Shown here: positions 40,451 to 49,604 of the stretch, piece by piece | Layout of the letters: each line of letters starts with the position of its first letter | Position numbering within the stretch: position 1 is the stretch's first letter | Assembly: GCA_050633305.1 (NCBI GenBank) | Contig: JBOEGF010000013.1 | Location: 32,001-96,000, forward strand | DNA: 64,000 nt | From: Nannocystales bacterium | GTDB lineage: Bacteria; Myxococcota_A; Polyangia; Nannocystales; Nannocystaceae | Direction of reading: 5' to 3' | Made by a program: the position numbers and the translations under genes | The notes under the pieces: model-generated | What the model saw: the letters and a program-made list of their open reading frames with translations, nothing else | The model's database searches: none | Told to the model about the DNA's origin: nothing

Positions 40451-41422
40451 ATGCGACACCTGATTATCTACGCCCATCCGTCGGCGGACAGCTTCAACCA
40501 CGCCCTTCTCGAACGGTCGCGCGCGGTTCTGTCAAGCAGCGGCTCGTGCGACGTCATCGACCTCTACGCGCAAGGTTTCGACCCCCTTCTGGACGCCGAT
40601 GAGCACCACAGTGCGGACGCACCCAAAGACGTCCTTGCGCACCAGCGGCGCATCGAGAAGGCGGACCATCTCGTCTTCATCTATCCGATCTGGTGGTACG
40701 ACCGCCCGGCGATCCTCAAGGGCTGGTGCGACCGTGTCCTGCGATACGGCTTCGCGTACGAGTTCGATGCCGAGTCGGGCACGCCCATCGGGCGGCTCAG
40801 GGGAAAGTCTGCCAGCGTCGTCGTGACGACGGGGCTCATCAAGGAAGGCGACCCAGACCTCGATTGGGCTGTCCGTTCGATGACTCAGGGCACGCTCGAG
40901 TTTTGCGGGATATCGAAGACGCGGCTCTTGCCGCTGTTCGGTGTGCCCCGCGTATCTGCACAAGTGCGAACCCAACTGTTGTCGACCGTAGCGAACTTCC
41001 TGCGGTCGAATGCATCACGACCAACCAAGCAACAACCCATGACCGAACCAACCGACATCCGAGCCTACTACGCGAGCACCATGGCGAAGGCTCCGGCCGC
41101 CGTCATGCAGTGGTACCTGACGTTGAACCTTCGCGACAGCGAGGGGCTTCGCGCCACAATGACCTCCGATTTCACCTTTCACAGCCCTCTGGGAGACTTC
41201 GACTCTCCGCAGGGCTACGTCGACATGGTCGGCAAATTCGGCGGATGGGTCGAGACGAAGCGCCTCGTCATCGAAGGCGACACCGTCGTGCATGAGTTCG
41301 TCTATCACATGACCGATCCAGGGAGCGCAGACATCCCGACCCTCGAGATCTTCGACATGCGCGGCGAGCTGATCTGCGCGTCGAACGTCTACAACAACCC
41401 CGCCGACTTCCCCTCGGACTAG
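40451..41422 (+). CDS. NAD(P)H:quinone oxidoreductase (flavodoxin-2) fused in frame to a SnoaL/NTF2-like domain
   Basis: YAHP...SFN, DLY...FDP, YPIWW...PAILKGW.DRV; second domain starts at Met 41039 (DFTFHSPLG, EGDTV). Confidence 0.85.
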   Translation: MRHLIIYAHPSADSFNHALLERSRAVLSSSGSCDVIDLYAQGFDPLLDADEHHSADAPKDVLAHQRRIEKADHLVFIYPIWWYDRPAILKGWCDRVLRYGFAYEFDAESGTPIGRLRGKSASVVVTTGLIKEGDPDLDWAVRSMTQGTLEFCGISKTRLLPLFGVPRVSAQVRTQLLSTVANFLRSNASRPTKQQPMTEPTDIRAYYASTMAKAPAAVMQWYLTLNLRDSEGLRATMTSDFTFHSPLGDFDSPQGYVDMVGKFGGWVETKRLVIEGDTVVHEFVYHMTDPGSADIPTLEIFDMRGELICASNVYNNPADFPSD

Positions 41423-41494
41423 CCGCGTCGCACCGGCTTCGCGTCTCGATACGAACCCCGCCGCGCTCCCCTCGGACGCCGTAGACACCGTGCC

Positions 41495-42703
41495 CTACGA
41501 CGCCGCGGGGGCGCCTTGACGACGACGGCGCACCTCGGCCTTGGCAACCGGTACCAGTCGCTCCGCGGCCCGCAGGCCTCCGGCAATGTTCAGAGCCACC
41601 GGTCCCAGCTGAAGCTCCGCCAACGCACCGCTGAGGTAGAGCCCGTCGGCCCATTGCAGCTGTGCGTCGACGATCGGCGTCCCGCAGCCTGCTCTTGGAA
41701 AACGCTCCGGGTCGAGCGAGCGAAGCAGTCCTGCGCCCGGCAGGCCTTCGAACCCCGTTGCCAGCGCAACCGCGTCGACCTCGAGCGGCTTCGGTAGACC
41801 GAGCACCCGACGGTCTTCCAGCGCAAACACACCGCGGACTTTGCCGTAGACGAGTTCGGCCGACCCCTGCCGCACGTGACGACGCAGCACCTGCTCGACT
41901 TCCTTGGTCATGGTCCCAGGACGTCGCGCGCGGTCGATCTGACGGCGCCTCACCGACAGGTCATCCTGTTTGGAGAACCTCGCCATCTTCGCCGGGCCGA
42001 GCCATTGCGGGCTGCTGTCGAACTGCATTCGCCTGAGCCGATGCGGGCTCACCAGCCAAACGCGACGCCCCGCTTCACAGAGGCGGTTGGCGAGCTGAGC
42101 CGCCGAGATCCCACCACCGACGACGGCAACCCGATGCAAGTGGGTTCTCGCGACGAGGTCGAAGTTCGGATCGAAGACGTGCTGCAACCAGCGTTGGGGA
42201 GCACCGAGGTGTGGACGCGCCCACGGCGGCACCCGCTCCGTCCCGCCGAGGCCCAGGGCAAGAACGACACGTTTCGCCTGAAGAGACCGGCCTTCTTCGA
42301 GCCCAACGCGCCAACCGTCAACGCCGGGGACGAGTTCGTGTGCTGCGCCTTGTACGTGCAGGGCACTCAGGCCGAACCGCGCAACCACAGCTCGAGCGTG
42401 GGCATCGAAGAGTGCGGTCGATGGACGCGAGTACGGCGGGGCGAACGCCGCGACATCGCCGCGGGGAGCCCACGACTCCGCGAACCGCTCCAGAGACCAG
42501 GGGTCGGCATCGACGTTGTGCACCGAGGGCGACCTCAGATGGGACATCGCAACCGTACTTGCTCGACGGTTCCACGCTTCCATCAGCCCGGCGTGGGGGT
42601 CGAGGATCCGCAGTCCGGCCGGCGAAAGTCCCGCTTTTTCGAGCAGCGCCGCGGCGATGTGCAGGCCTTGCGGCCCACCCCCGATGATCAGCCACTCGAG
42701 CAC
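41495..42703 (-). CDS. FAD/NAD(P)-binding oxidoreductase
   Basis: IIGGGPQG, MSHLRSP, VVGGGISAAQ, LATGF, LAELQLGP.A.NI.G. Confidence 0.88.
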   Translation of the reverse strand: MLEWLIIGGGPQGLHIAAALLEKAGLSPAGLRILDPHAGLMEAWNRRASTVAMSHLRSPSVHNVDADPWSLERFAESWAPRGDVAAFAPPYSRPSTALFDAHARAVVARFGLSALHVQGAAHELVPGVDGWRVGLEEGRSLQAKRVVLALGLGGTERVPPWARPHLGAPQRWLQHVFDPNFDLVARTHLHRVAVVGGGISAAQLANRLCEAGRRVWLVSPHRLRRMQFDSSPQWLGPAKMARFSKQDDLSVRRRQIDRARRPGTMTKEVEQVLRRHVRQGSAELVYGKVRGVFALEDRRVLGLPKPLEVDAVALATGFEGLPGAGLLRSLDPERFPRAGCGTPIVDAQLQWADGLYLSGALAELQLGPVALNIAGGLRAAERLVPVAKAEVRRRRQGAPAAS

Positions 42704-42714
42704 GCCGCGACACT

Positions 42715-42733
42715 ATTGCAACGCCTTGGCATT
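42715..42733. promoter_or_regulatory. Putative Zur/Fur-family box (degenerate)
   Basis: ATTGCAACGCCTTGGCATT = TGCAA-N5-TGGCA, immediately upstream of the oxidoreductase. Confidence 0.4.
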
Positions 42734-42821
42734 TACAATATTCAACCGGCTGCGGTCGCGAACCGGGGAATCCCCTGGCTCTTGACGTCCACAGGCCGAC
42801 CAAGAGCGACACCCCTTTTCT

Positions 42822-42840
42822 TTTGCAACGCGATTGCAAA
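42822..42840. promoter_or_regulatory. Putative Zur/Fur-family box
   Basis: TTTGCAA-CGCGA-TTGCAAA palindrome 30 nt upstream of the His/Asp-rich lipoprotein. Confidence 0.55.
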
Positions 42841-42870
42841 TGCAACGTGGTGGTTGCAGGATGTGCGGCG

Positions 42871-43548
42871 ATGAAGGTTAAATCAGTACTGTTCGCGGGC
42901 CTCCTCTGTCTGACCGCGACCCCTGGCTGCGACCAAGACTCCGGGTCTGCCGAGGAACACGACGACCACGACGACCACGACGACCACGACGACCACGACC
43001 ACAACCACGAGAACGAGCTGATCACGACGGTGACCCTCACCTTCACCTCGGAGTCCGGAGAGACCGTGACGGCCTCGTTCCGTGACCTCGATGGCGACGG
43101 TGGTGCATCGGGCACAACAGACGACCTCGTCCTCGCGCCGGATACAACCTACGCGGTCCGTCTCGAACTCCTCAACGAACTCGAGACCGAGGTCGAGGAC
43201 GTGACGGAGGAGATTGCCGAGGAAGCCGAGGAGCACTTCGTCTTCCTGTACGGCCCCAACGTGAGCGGCCCGAGTTCGGAAGGGGACGGCTTCCTCGTCC
43301 ATGAGTTCGACGACCTCGAGTCGGACTACACAGAAAATGTCGTCGGCGAGGACCTCCCGGTCGGCATCGCAAGCATCGTCACGACCAGCGCCGCAGGCGA
43401 TGGCCGCCTGAGCCTTGTGGTACGCCACCTCCCGGACATCAACGACGCGCCGCAGAAGTCCTCAGAGCTCCCGGACGCCTTCGCGCAAGGAGAGGCGATC
43501 GCGGGCAGCAACGATGTCGACGTGACATTCGAAGTCAGCGTCCGGTGA
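42871..43548 (+). CDS. His/Asp-rich putative metal-binding lipoprotein
   Basis: TATPGC lipobox; HDDHDDHDDHDDHDHNHE; NELITTVTLTFT, DLDGDGG, EEIAEEAEEH. Confidence 0.8.
   Translation: MKVKSVLFAGLLCLTATPGCDQDSGSAEEHDDHDDHDDHDDHDHNHENELITTVTLTFTSESGETVTASFRDLDGDGGASGTTDDLVLAPDTTYAVRLELLNELETEVEDVTEEIAEEAEEHFVFLYGPNVSGPSSEGDGFLVHEFDDLESDYTENVVGEDLPVGIASIVTTSAAGDGRLSLVVRHLPDINDAPQKSSELPDAFAQGEAIAGSNDVDVTFEVSVR
42958..43008 (+). repeat. (CACGACGAC)4 coding tandem repeat (HDD)
   Basis: Directly visible in sequence. Confidence 0.95.
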
Positions 43549-43606
43549 CGCGGATCCACGAGTTGCTCCCAAGCCCGCGCGGCGTACCCAGGAACACGGA
43601 CGAACA

Positions 43607-44190
43607 ATGACCGAACCCATCGTCGATAGCTGGGACCTCCACGCGGACACCTACTCGAGGATTGCCGCGCCGTGCACCGGCTACCTCGCGCAATCCCTCT
43701 TTCTCCACGTCGCTGGTCGCCTTGCCCCGGCGGCCAGGGTCCTCGACGTGGCGTGTGGGAATGGCGAGCTGTCTCGTGCCGCGGTCTTGCACGCCATGCA
43801 CACCGCGGAGACCGCCGACAACCATGGACACCTGACCGCCGTCGACTTCTCGCCGGCGATGGTCGACCGAACCCGAAGTCAGCTCGCCGCGATCGCCAAC
43901 GACCCGGTGGCGTTCTCGCGACCGCGGTCTGGCGGGGTCCAGAGTACAAGGAGCTCGCGCGGCTTCAGATGGAGCCGGTCTTCGCGGCACTCCCCGCCCG
44001 GGTCCGCGACAATGCGCCCCGAGCTGGGTGGGTCGTCCCGTTCGGTTCGGGGCCTCATGCCACTTCTTCGTGGCTCGTCGAACCTGAGCCCCCCTTCCCG
44101 AGTTGCGCGGCGACGAGCGTCCTGCGCGAAAACGCCCGCATCGATCTTTTTTCGGACCGGGTGAGGGATTCGGCGGACGGGGTCCGTTGA
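43607..44190 (+). pseudogene. Class I SAM methyltransferase with internal deletion and frameshift
   Basis: VLDVACGNG and VDFSPAMV in one frame; RPGGVLATAVW in another frame directly after; intervening motifs missing. Confidence 0.7.
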
Positions 44191-44204
44191 GAGGCCTGGA
44201 ACCG

Positions 44205-45926
44205 ATGCGTGCTTTTCGAAACACACTTCCAGCCGTTGCTCTTCTCCTGCTCGTGCCCGCCTGCGACTCCAAAGAGGACGCTGGGAGCAAGGAAGGTGAG
44301 AGCGCCAAAAAGTCCGGTGGAGACGAGGCCGCAAAAGGCGCTGCTGCAGGTGAGGCCGCGGCCGCGCCTGTCCCCTTGAAGGCGGTTCAGGTCGCCGCGG
44401 GCAACAGCGCCGCGTGTGCCTTGATGAACAACGGCACCGCGCGTTGCTGGGGTCGGAACAACAGGGGTGAACACGGCATCGAGCCCTCGGACACAGATGC
44501 AGCAACACCCGTCGCGGTTCCCGGGGTCAAGGACGCCACCGACATCTGGATGGGTGGTGACTCGGGCAGCTCGGGCGACATGACCTGCGTGCGGACGAAA
44601 GCAGGGTCGATCTCCTGTTGGGGAAGTGCCGCCAACAAACCCAAGACCGACGGCAAGACGTGGACCAGTGCGGTGGAGGAGATCCCCGAGCTCAAGGGCG
44701 CCAAGGACCTGGCGCTCGGCGGCGGCACGCAATACGCCGTGACCGCGACGGGGTCGGTGATGGCATGGGGCAGCAACGCGTTCAACTCGATCGGCAACGG
44801 CGACACCAGTGGGGGCGACAAAGGCCTGACCGAGGTTCCCGGGGTGTCCAAGGCCAAGGCCTTGGCGGCGGGGCAAAACCACGCTTGCGCCCTGCTCGAG
44901 GACGGCACGGTCACCTGCTGGGGGTACGTCACGCCCAAGCAAGCTCCGAAGAAGATCGAAGGCCTGTCCGGCGTAGTCTCCATCGGCGCCGGTTCGGGGA
45001 ACAGCGACACCTGTGCGGTCACGGCCGACAAGAAGGTGCAGTGCTGGAGCGGCTCGCAGAAAGTCCGTGAAGAGAGCGGTCTCGAAGACGTCTCCCTGAT
45101 GCGTGCCCGCAACCACAAGTGCGTGATGACCAACGCAGGCGGTGTCCAGTGCTGGGGCTACAACGACCGAGGACAGGTCGGAACCGGCGAGCTCAAGGGC
45201 AGCAACGGCAAGAAAGATCCGGTCGTCGACTTGGGCAAGGCCGTGCATGTGGACGTGGGATCGAACTTCGCGTGCGCCGCTGTGGACGACGGGAACGTCA
45301 AATGCTGGGGGTGGAACAACCGCGGCCAACTCGGCGACGGAACGCTCATCGACCGCCCAAAACCCGTCGTGGTCACAGGCCTCACCGCCGACACCCTTGC
45401 GCCCGCGAAAGATGGCGCCGACCAGGCACAGGAATCCGAGGTTGCGATGGACTGGAGCGGGCTTCCTGAGGCATGCACCAAGCCATCCAAGATCACCGCC
45501 AAGGACAAGTTCCTCAAGGGTGACTTCAACGTCGCCAGCGCCTACGCAACCTCGCGCAGCGACGGAAAGTACGTCGACGTCAACCTGGCGACGTTCAAGA
45601 TGGACCCCAAGCGCCTGTACGACGGACCGCGAGGCAAGCAGTTCCGACTCAACCTCAACCTCGGCAAGGTCGACGTCGAGTCCAAAGAGACGTTTCCAGT
45701 GGACGTGGGCGAGTACATCTTTGGGCTCAAGCAAGAGCGCAAGGTCGCGAGCAACGTGCAGCACAAGTCGGGCAACAACATGTTGATGCGGCTTTCCCTC
45801 GAAGGCGCCAGCCCCGGCTCGGTCAGTGTCGCGCACATGGATGACACCTGGATCTGCGGCGAGCTGAAGCTGAAGACCAAGGATTCGAGCTTCACCGGGC
45901 CCTGGGCGGCACGCCTCGTGAAGTAG
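44205..45926 (+). CDS. RCC1 repeat lipoprotein with C-terminal unknown domain
   Basis: LLVPAC lipobox; CWGxNxRGQxG repeats; Lys-rich C-terminal beta domain. Confidence 0.88.
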   Translation: MRAFRNTLPAVALLLLVPACDSKEDAGSKEGESAKKSGGDEAAKGAAAGEAAAAPVPLKAVQVAAGNSAACALMNNGTARCWGRNNRGEHGIEPSDTDAATPVAVPGVKDATDIWMGGDSGSSGDMTCVRTKAGSISCWGSAANKPKTDGKTWTSAVEEIPELKGAKDLALGGGTQYAVTATGSVMAWGSNAFNSIGNGDTSGGDKGLTEVPGVSKAKALAAGQNHACALLEDGTVTCWGYVTPKQAPKKIEGLSGVVSIGAGSGNSDTCAVTADKKVQCWSGSQKVREESGLEDVSLMRARNHKCVMTNAGGVQCWGYNDRGQVGTGELKGSNGKKDPVVDLGKAVHVDVGSNFACAAVDDGNVKCWGWNNRGQLGDGTLIDRPKPVVVTGLTADTLAPAKDGADQAQESEVAMDWSGLPEACTKPSKITAKDKFLKGDFNVASAYATSRSDGKYVDVNLATFKMDPKRLYDGPRGKQFRLNLNLGKVDVESKETFPVDVGEYIFGLKQERKVASNVQHKSGNNMLMRLSLEGASPGSVSVAHMDDTWICGELKLKTKDSSFTGPWAARLVK

Positions 45927-45946
45927 GAACTCGGTATACTCGACGC

Positions 45947-46930
45947 GTGCGGGGATGGGCGTGGCTGGTGTGCGTCGCGGTGCTGGGCTGTCAGCCTTCG
46001 CCTGCTTCCGAGGGCAGCCGCGGGACTGAGGGCAGCGACGAAACGAGCACCACGTCGACGACTACCACCACCGCAACCACCGACGACCCGAGCGGCAGTA
46101 CGACGGGACTCGCCTCGACGGGTCCCGCCGGTTCCACAGGCGCGGCCGCCGTCTGCAATGGGTCTCCCGTTCTTTGCGAGCGGGCCTACGACACGGTTGT
46201 CTTCCCGGGTACACACAACTCGGTCGCCGCGACCCAAAGTGGCTTTGCGCCCATCAACGCCAACCAAACGAAACCCGTAGCAGACCAGCTCGACGACGGG
46301 ATTCGCGTCCTGTTGCTCGACGTGACCTACGACGACGGCGAGACCGCTTTGTGCCATGGTCCCTGCTCCCTCGGCTCGCGGCCCCACATCGAAGTGCTCG
46401 AAGAGCTCCGGACATTCCTGGTCGACAACCCCCGCGAGGTGGTCACGATCATCTACCAAGACTCGGTCGCGCCTGCCGATATCGCCGCAGACTTCGACGA
46501 AGCCGACCTCCTCGGTCTCGTCTACACCCACGGCGGTGACGCATGGCCGACCCTGGCTGAGATGATCGACGCTGATACCCGGCTGGTCGTGACCGCCGAG
46601 AACTCGGGACCCCCTCCGGCGTGGTTTCACCGGATCTGGGATCTGGCGTGGGATACGCCGTACACCTTCACGAGCGTCGATTCGTTCTCCTGCGAACACA
46701 ACCGGGGTGATCTGCGGCACCCTCTGTTTCTACTCAACCACTGGCTGAGCAACGCCGCCGGGTTGCCAGCGGCGGGCATGGCCGCGCAAGCCAATGCCGC
46801 GGACGTCCTCCTGGCGCGCGTGGGCCAGTGTCAGCAACGCATGGGCCGAACTCCGACGTTCATCGCCGTCGACTACTACGATCAGGGCGACCTGTTCGAG
46901 GTCGTGCAGATGCTCAACGCTCAGCGGTAG
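45947..46930 (+). CDS. PI-PLC X-domain-like phosphodiesterase lipoprotein
   Basis: GTHNS, QLDDGIR.L.LD, LCHG, NPREVVTI, LLNHW, FIAVDYY. Confidence 0.85.
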   Translation: MRGWAWLVCVAVLGCQPSPASEGSRGTEGSDETSTTSTTTTTATTDDPSGSTTGLASTGPAGSTGAAAVCNGSPVLCERAYDTVVFPGTHNSVAATQSGFAPINANQTKPVADQLDDGIRVLLLDVTYDDGETALCHGPCSLGSRPHIEVLEELRTFLVDNPREVVTIIYQDSVAPADIAADFDEADLLGLVYTHGGDAWPTLAEMIDADTRLVVTAENSGPPPAWFHRIWDLAWDTPYTFTSVDSFSCEHNRGDLRHPLFLLNHWLSNAAGLPAAGMAAQANAADVLLARVGQCQQRMGRTPTFIAVDYYDQGDLFEVVQMLNAQR

Positions 46931-46968
46931 TGCCCGGCCAGGCCTCCGCGAGCGTGTCGGGCTCGGGG

Positions 46969-47556
46969 TCACTGCCACGTTAAGCGGAAGCGCACAGTTC
47001 GCGCACGAGGGTCCAAGGCCTCGACGAAGACCTCCCCTTGCACCCCACAGAGATCGAGCAACGCATGAAACGCCCCGGAGATCGCTCGTAGATAGACCTC
47101 CGAGGCGAGAACGGCATCGGGCATCTCCACAAAGTCCAGCGCCGCTGCGTTCGCTCCGAGATCGACGAACTCTGGCTTGCCGCCGTCGCGATACAAGCTG
47201 CTCCACCCTCGCCGGCTCGTCTTGAGCATCCCCTTGGGACTCAGACCGAACACCTTTCGCACGCCTTCGATAAACGGCCGCAGCAGTTTTTGGTCCATCG
47301 AGGCGGTCAGCGACTGACGCGCCCGCTCGAAGTCACTTCGGGGGCCGCAGGTCGCTTCGACCGCGTGGCTGAGCACGATGTCCACGTCGAGCGGGATCCA
47401 TGACGTACCGATCGCATCGCGAATCAGCGCCAACGACTCCGCACCGATCGCTTCGTGAAGCTCCTGCACCCGTTCGCCGGCCAGGCGCTCCGCAATCGTG
47501 AGGCTAACCTTGACCTGCGTCGCCTTGATCTGGGGCTGCCCGCCGGTCTCCTCCAC
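46969..47556 (-). CDS. Myxobacterial hypothetical protein (DUF2378-like)
   Basis: QIKA, SWIP, W..LYRDGG, FRLTW; start uncertain. Confidence 0.6.
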   Translation of the reverse strand: MEETGGQPQIKATQVKVSLTIAERLAGERVQELHEAIGAESLALIRDAIGTSWIPLDVDIVLSHAVEATCGPRSDFERARQSLTASMDQKLLRPFIEGVRKVFGLSPKGMLKTSRRGWSSLYRDGGKPEFVDLGANAAALDFVEMPDAVLASEVYLRAISGAFHALLDLCGVQGEVFVEALDPRARTVRFRLTWQ

Positions 47557-47739
47557 AAGACTTGTGTACTCGAAAGCCGAGCCGTCTGCCACGACGGACC
47601 GCCGACCGATGCCTGGTTCGCACCCAGCGGCGACCGAACGCCGGCCTATCACGGGCCCGCGACAGGCCGAGAGCCGCTCCCACCGGGGCCCGTTGACGGT
47701 CTGCGGCTCCACACCCCTGAGAAACGGTAGGCTGCGGGC

Positions 47740-48519
47740 GTGAGCACCACCGCCCTCCCCCGAGCGAACATCGCTCGCTACGCCTCCGCGCTCCGTGAAG
47801 GCGGTTCGCTTCCAGCCCTGGTCGAGGCGGAGGGTGGCGAGATGATGGTGGCCAAGTGGCGCGGCGCTGGACAAGGCGTCGCGGCGCTCGTGGCCGAGAT
47901 CATCGCAGGAGAGTTGGCCCGTGCTGCGGGATTCAACATGCCCGGGCTTGCCATCCTCGAGCTCAATACCGCGATCGGAAAGAACGAACGCGATCAGGAG
48001 ATCCGCGACCTTCTCGTCGCCAGTGAGGGCTCGAACCTTGGGATGCAGTTCCTCGAAGGCGCACTCGCATTTGACCCTGCGGCCCATGTGGACCTGGCCC
48101 CGGGAACCGCCGCCAAGCTGGTCCTGTTCGACAGTGTCGTGATGAACGTGGACCGGACCGCACGGAACACCAACTTGTTGTGGTGGAATGACGACCTGTG
48201 GCTCATCGACCACGGCGCGGCGCTGTATTGGCATCACGGATGGGACGGTGCGGTCGAACGCCCGACCCGAGCGTTCCCGATGGTCGGGCAGCATGTCTTG
48301 CTTCCCGTGGCGGACCGACTGGAGGACGCGGCGGCCGAGCTTGGTTCGCTTCTCACTCCCGAACAGGTCGCCGCTGCCGTGGGCAAAGTCCCGACGCCGT
48401 GGCTCATCGGGGACGACGCAGATGCCCGACGCGATGCGTACATCGGGTTCTTGACGGCGCGCGTCGAGGCGCTGCCAGCTCTCGTTGAGGAGGCGAGCAA
48501 TGCCCGCGCAGCCCTTTGA
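47740..48519 (+). CDS. HipA-like kinase (HipA_2 family)
   Basis: LREGGSLP, KWRGAGQG..AL.AE, NVDRT.RN.NLL, LIDHGAAL. Confidence 0.88.
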   Translation: MSTTALPRANIARYASALREGGSLPALVEAEGGEMMVAKWRGAGQGVAALVAEIIAGELARAAGFNMPGLAILELNTAIGKNERDQEIRDLLVASEGSNLGMQFLEGALAFDPAAHVDLAPGTAAKLVLFDSVVMNVDRTARNTNLLWWNDDLWLIDHGAALYWHHGWDGAVERPTRAFPMVGQHVLLPVADRLEDAAAELGSLLTPEQVAAAVGKVPTPWLIGDDADARRDAYIGFLTARVEALPALVEEASNARAAL

Positions 48520-48919
48520 CTACGCCGTGGTGCGGTGGGTTCCAGACCTCGACCGGGGCGAATGGCTGAATGTGGGCGTGCTGATGTACTGCGCGGTCGC
48601 GGACCACATTGGGTGCCGTGTGGAGTTCGACACCGTCCGAGCGACCGCGCTATGCCCCGCCGCCGATCACTCCGCGCCCGCCCAACATCTGTCCGCCCTC
48701 GCCGCAGTTTGTCGCGGTGACTCGGATGCGGGTCCGGTGGCACGGTTTCCGACTGGGGAGAGGTTTCATTGGCTGGTGCACCCGCGGAGCGCTGCGCTAC
48801 AGGTCTCGGCGGTGCATGCAGGGTTGTCGGAGGACCTGCCCACGACGCTCGACCAACTCTTCGAGCGTCTGGTGCGGATTCGCCCGACGCCCCCCTCTCC
48901 CCTCAGCACGGGGGCCTAG
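48500..48919 (+). CDS. DUF3037 domain protein
   Basis: FDYAVVR.VP...RGE.LNVGV, RFHWL..PRS, L..LF.RLV; overlaps the kinase stop. Confidence 0.85.
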   Translation: MPAQPFDYAVVRWVPDLDRGEWLNVGVLMYCAVADHIGCRVEFDTVRATALCPAADHSAPAQHLSALAAVCRGDSDAGPVARFPTGERFHWLVHPRSAALQVSAVHAGLSEDLPTTLDQLFERLVRIRPTPPSPLSTGA

Positions 48920-49604
48920 TACAGCATTCCTGCGTATCGAAGGCGCACTTGGAGTCGCACGAGAGCACGCCCTTGGGAAGCCCGAGGTCCACGCACGTCG
49001 TCCCGTCGAGGTTGTCGCCGTCGCAATCCTCGGCGCGGCCTTCCTGCACGTAGCCATCACCGCAGCTGGCAGGAACACAGCCCGACACGCATGTGTCGCT
49101 GTTGCTGCTGTTGCCGTCATCGCACTCTTCGTCCATGCCGAGGAAACCGTCGCCACAGAACGCGAACGCACAGAGCACGCAGCTGTCGCTCTCGTCGTCG
49201 TTTCCATCGTCGCACGCCTCGCCGTCTTGGAGCTGTCCGTCGCCGCACCGCGCACGAACACAGCTGTTGCTGCAGAGGTCGTGATCGATGAGGTTTCCGT
49301 CATCGCACTCTTCTGCGCCGTCGAGGATGCCATTGGGGCACAGCACGGCGGACGGATCTCCCGTCGTGCTGCCCGAAGCACTCGTCTGCGTACCTGCGGA
49401 CTCAGTCCCGGTCCCAGACGAACCGACGGGGTCTCCGCGGGTCCCGCTCGCCGCCGTTCCCGAGGTGGAAGTGCCGAGTGACGCCGCGCTCGTCGACCCG
49501 TCGGTGTCGGTATCGGTGCCCGTTGCGCCCGCTCCCGACGAATCACCCCCGCCGCATCCGCCGGCAAACAACACGAGGGCCACGCCGACACTGAGCCGCG
49601 TCAC
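48903..49604 (-). CDS. Myxococcus cysteine-rich repeat (DUF4215) lipoprotein
   Basis: FAGGC lipobox; repeated CGDG....E.CDDGN. Confidence 0.9.
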   Translation of the reverse strand: MTRLSVGVALVLFAGGCGGGDSSGAGATGTDTDTDGSTSAASLGTSTSGTAASGTRGDPVGSSGTGTESAGTQTSASGSTTGDPSAVLCPNGILDGAEECDDGNLIDHDLCSNSCVRARCGDGQLQDGEACDDGNDDESDSCVLCAFAFCGDGFLGMDEECDDGNSSNSDTCVSGCVPASCGDGYVQEGRAEDCDGDNLDGTTCVDLGLPKGVLSCDSKCAFDTQECCTRPPC

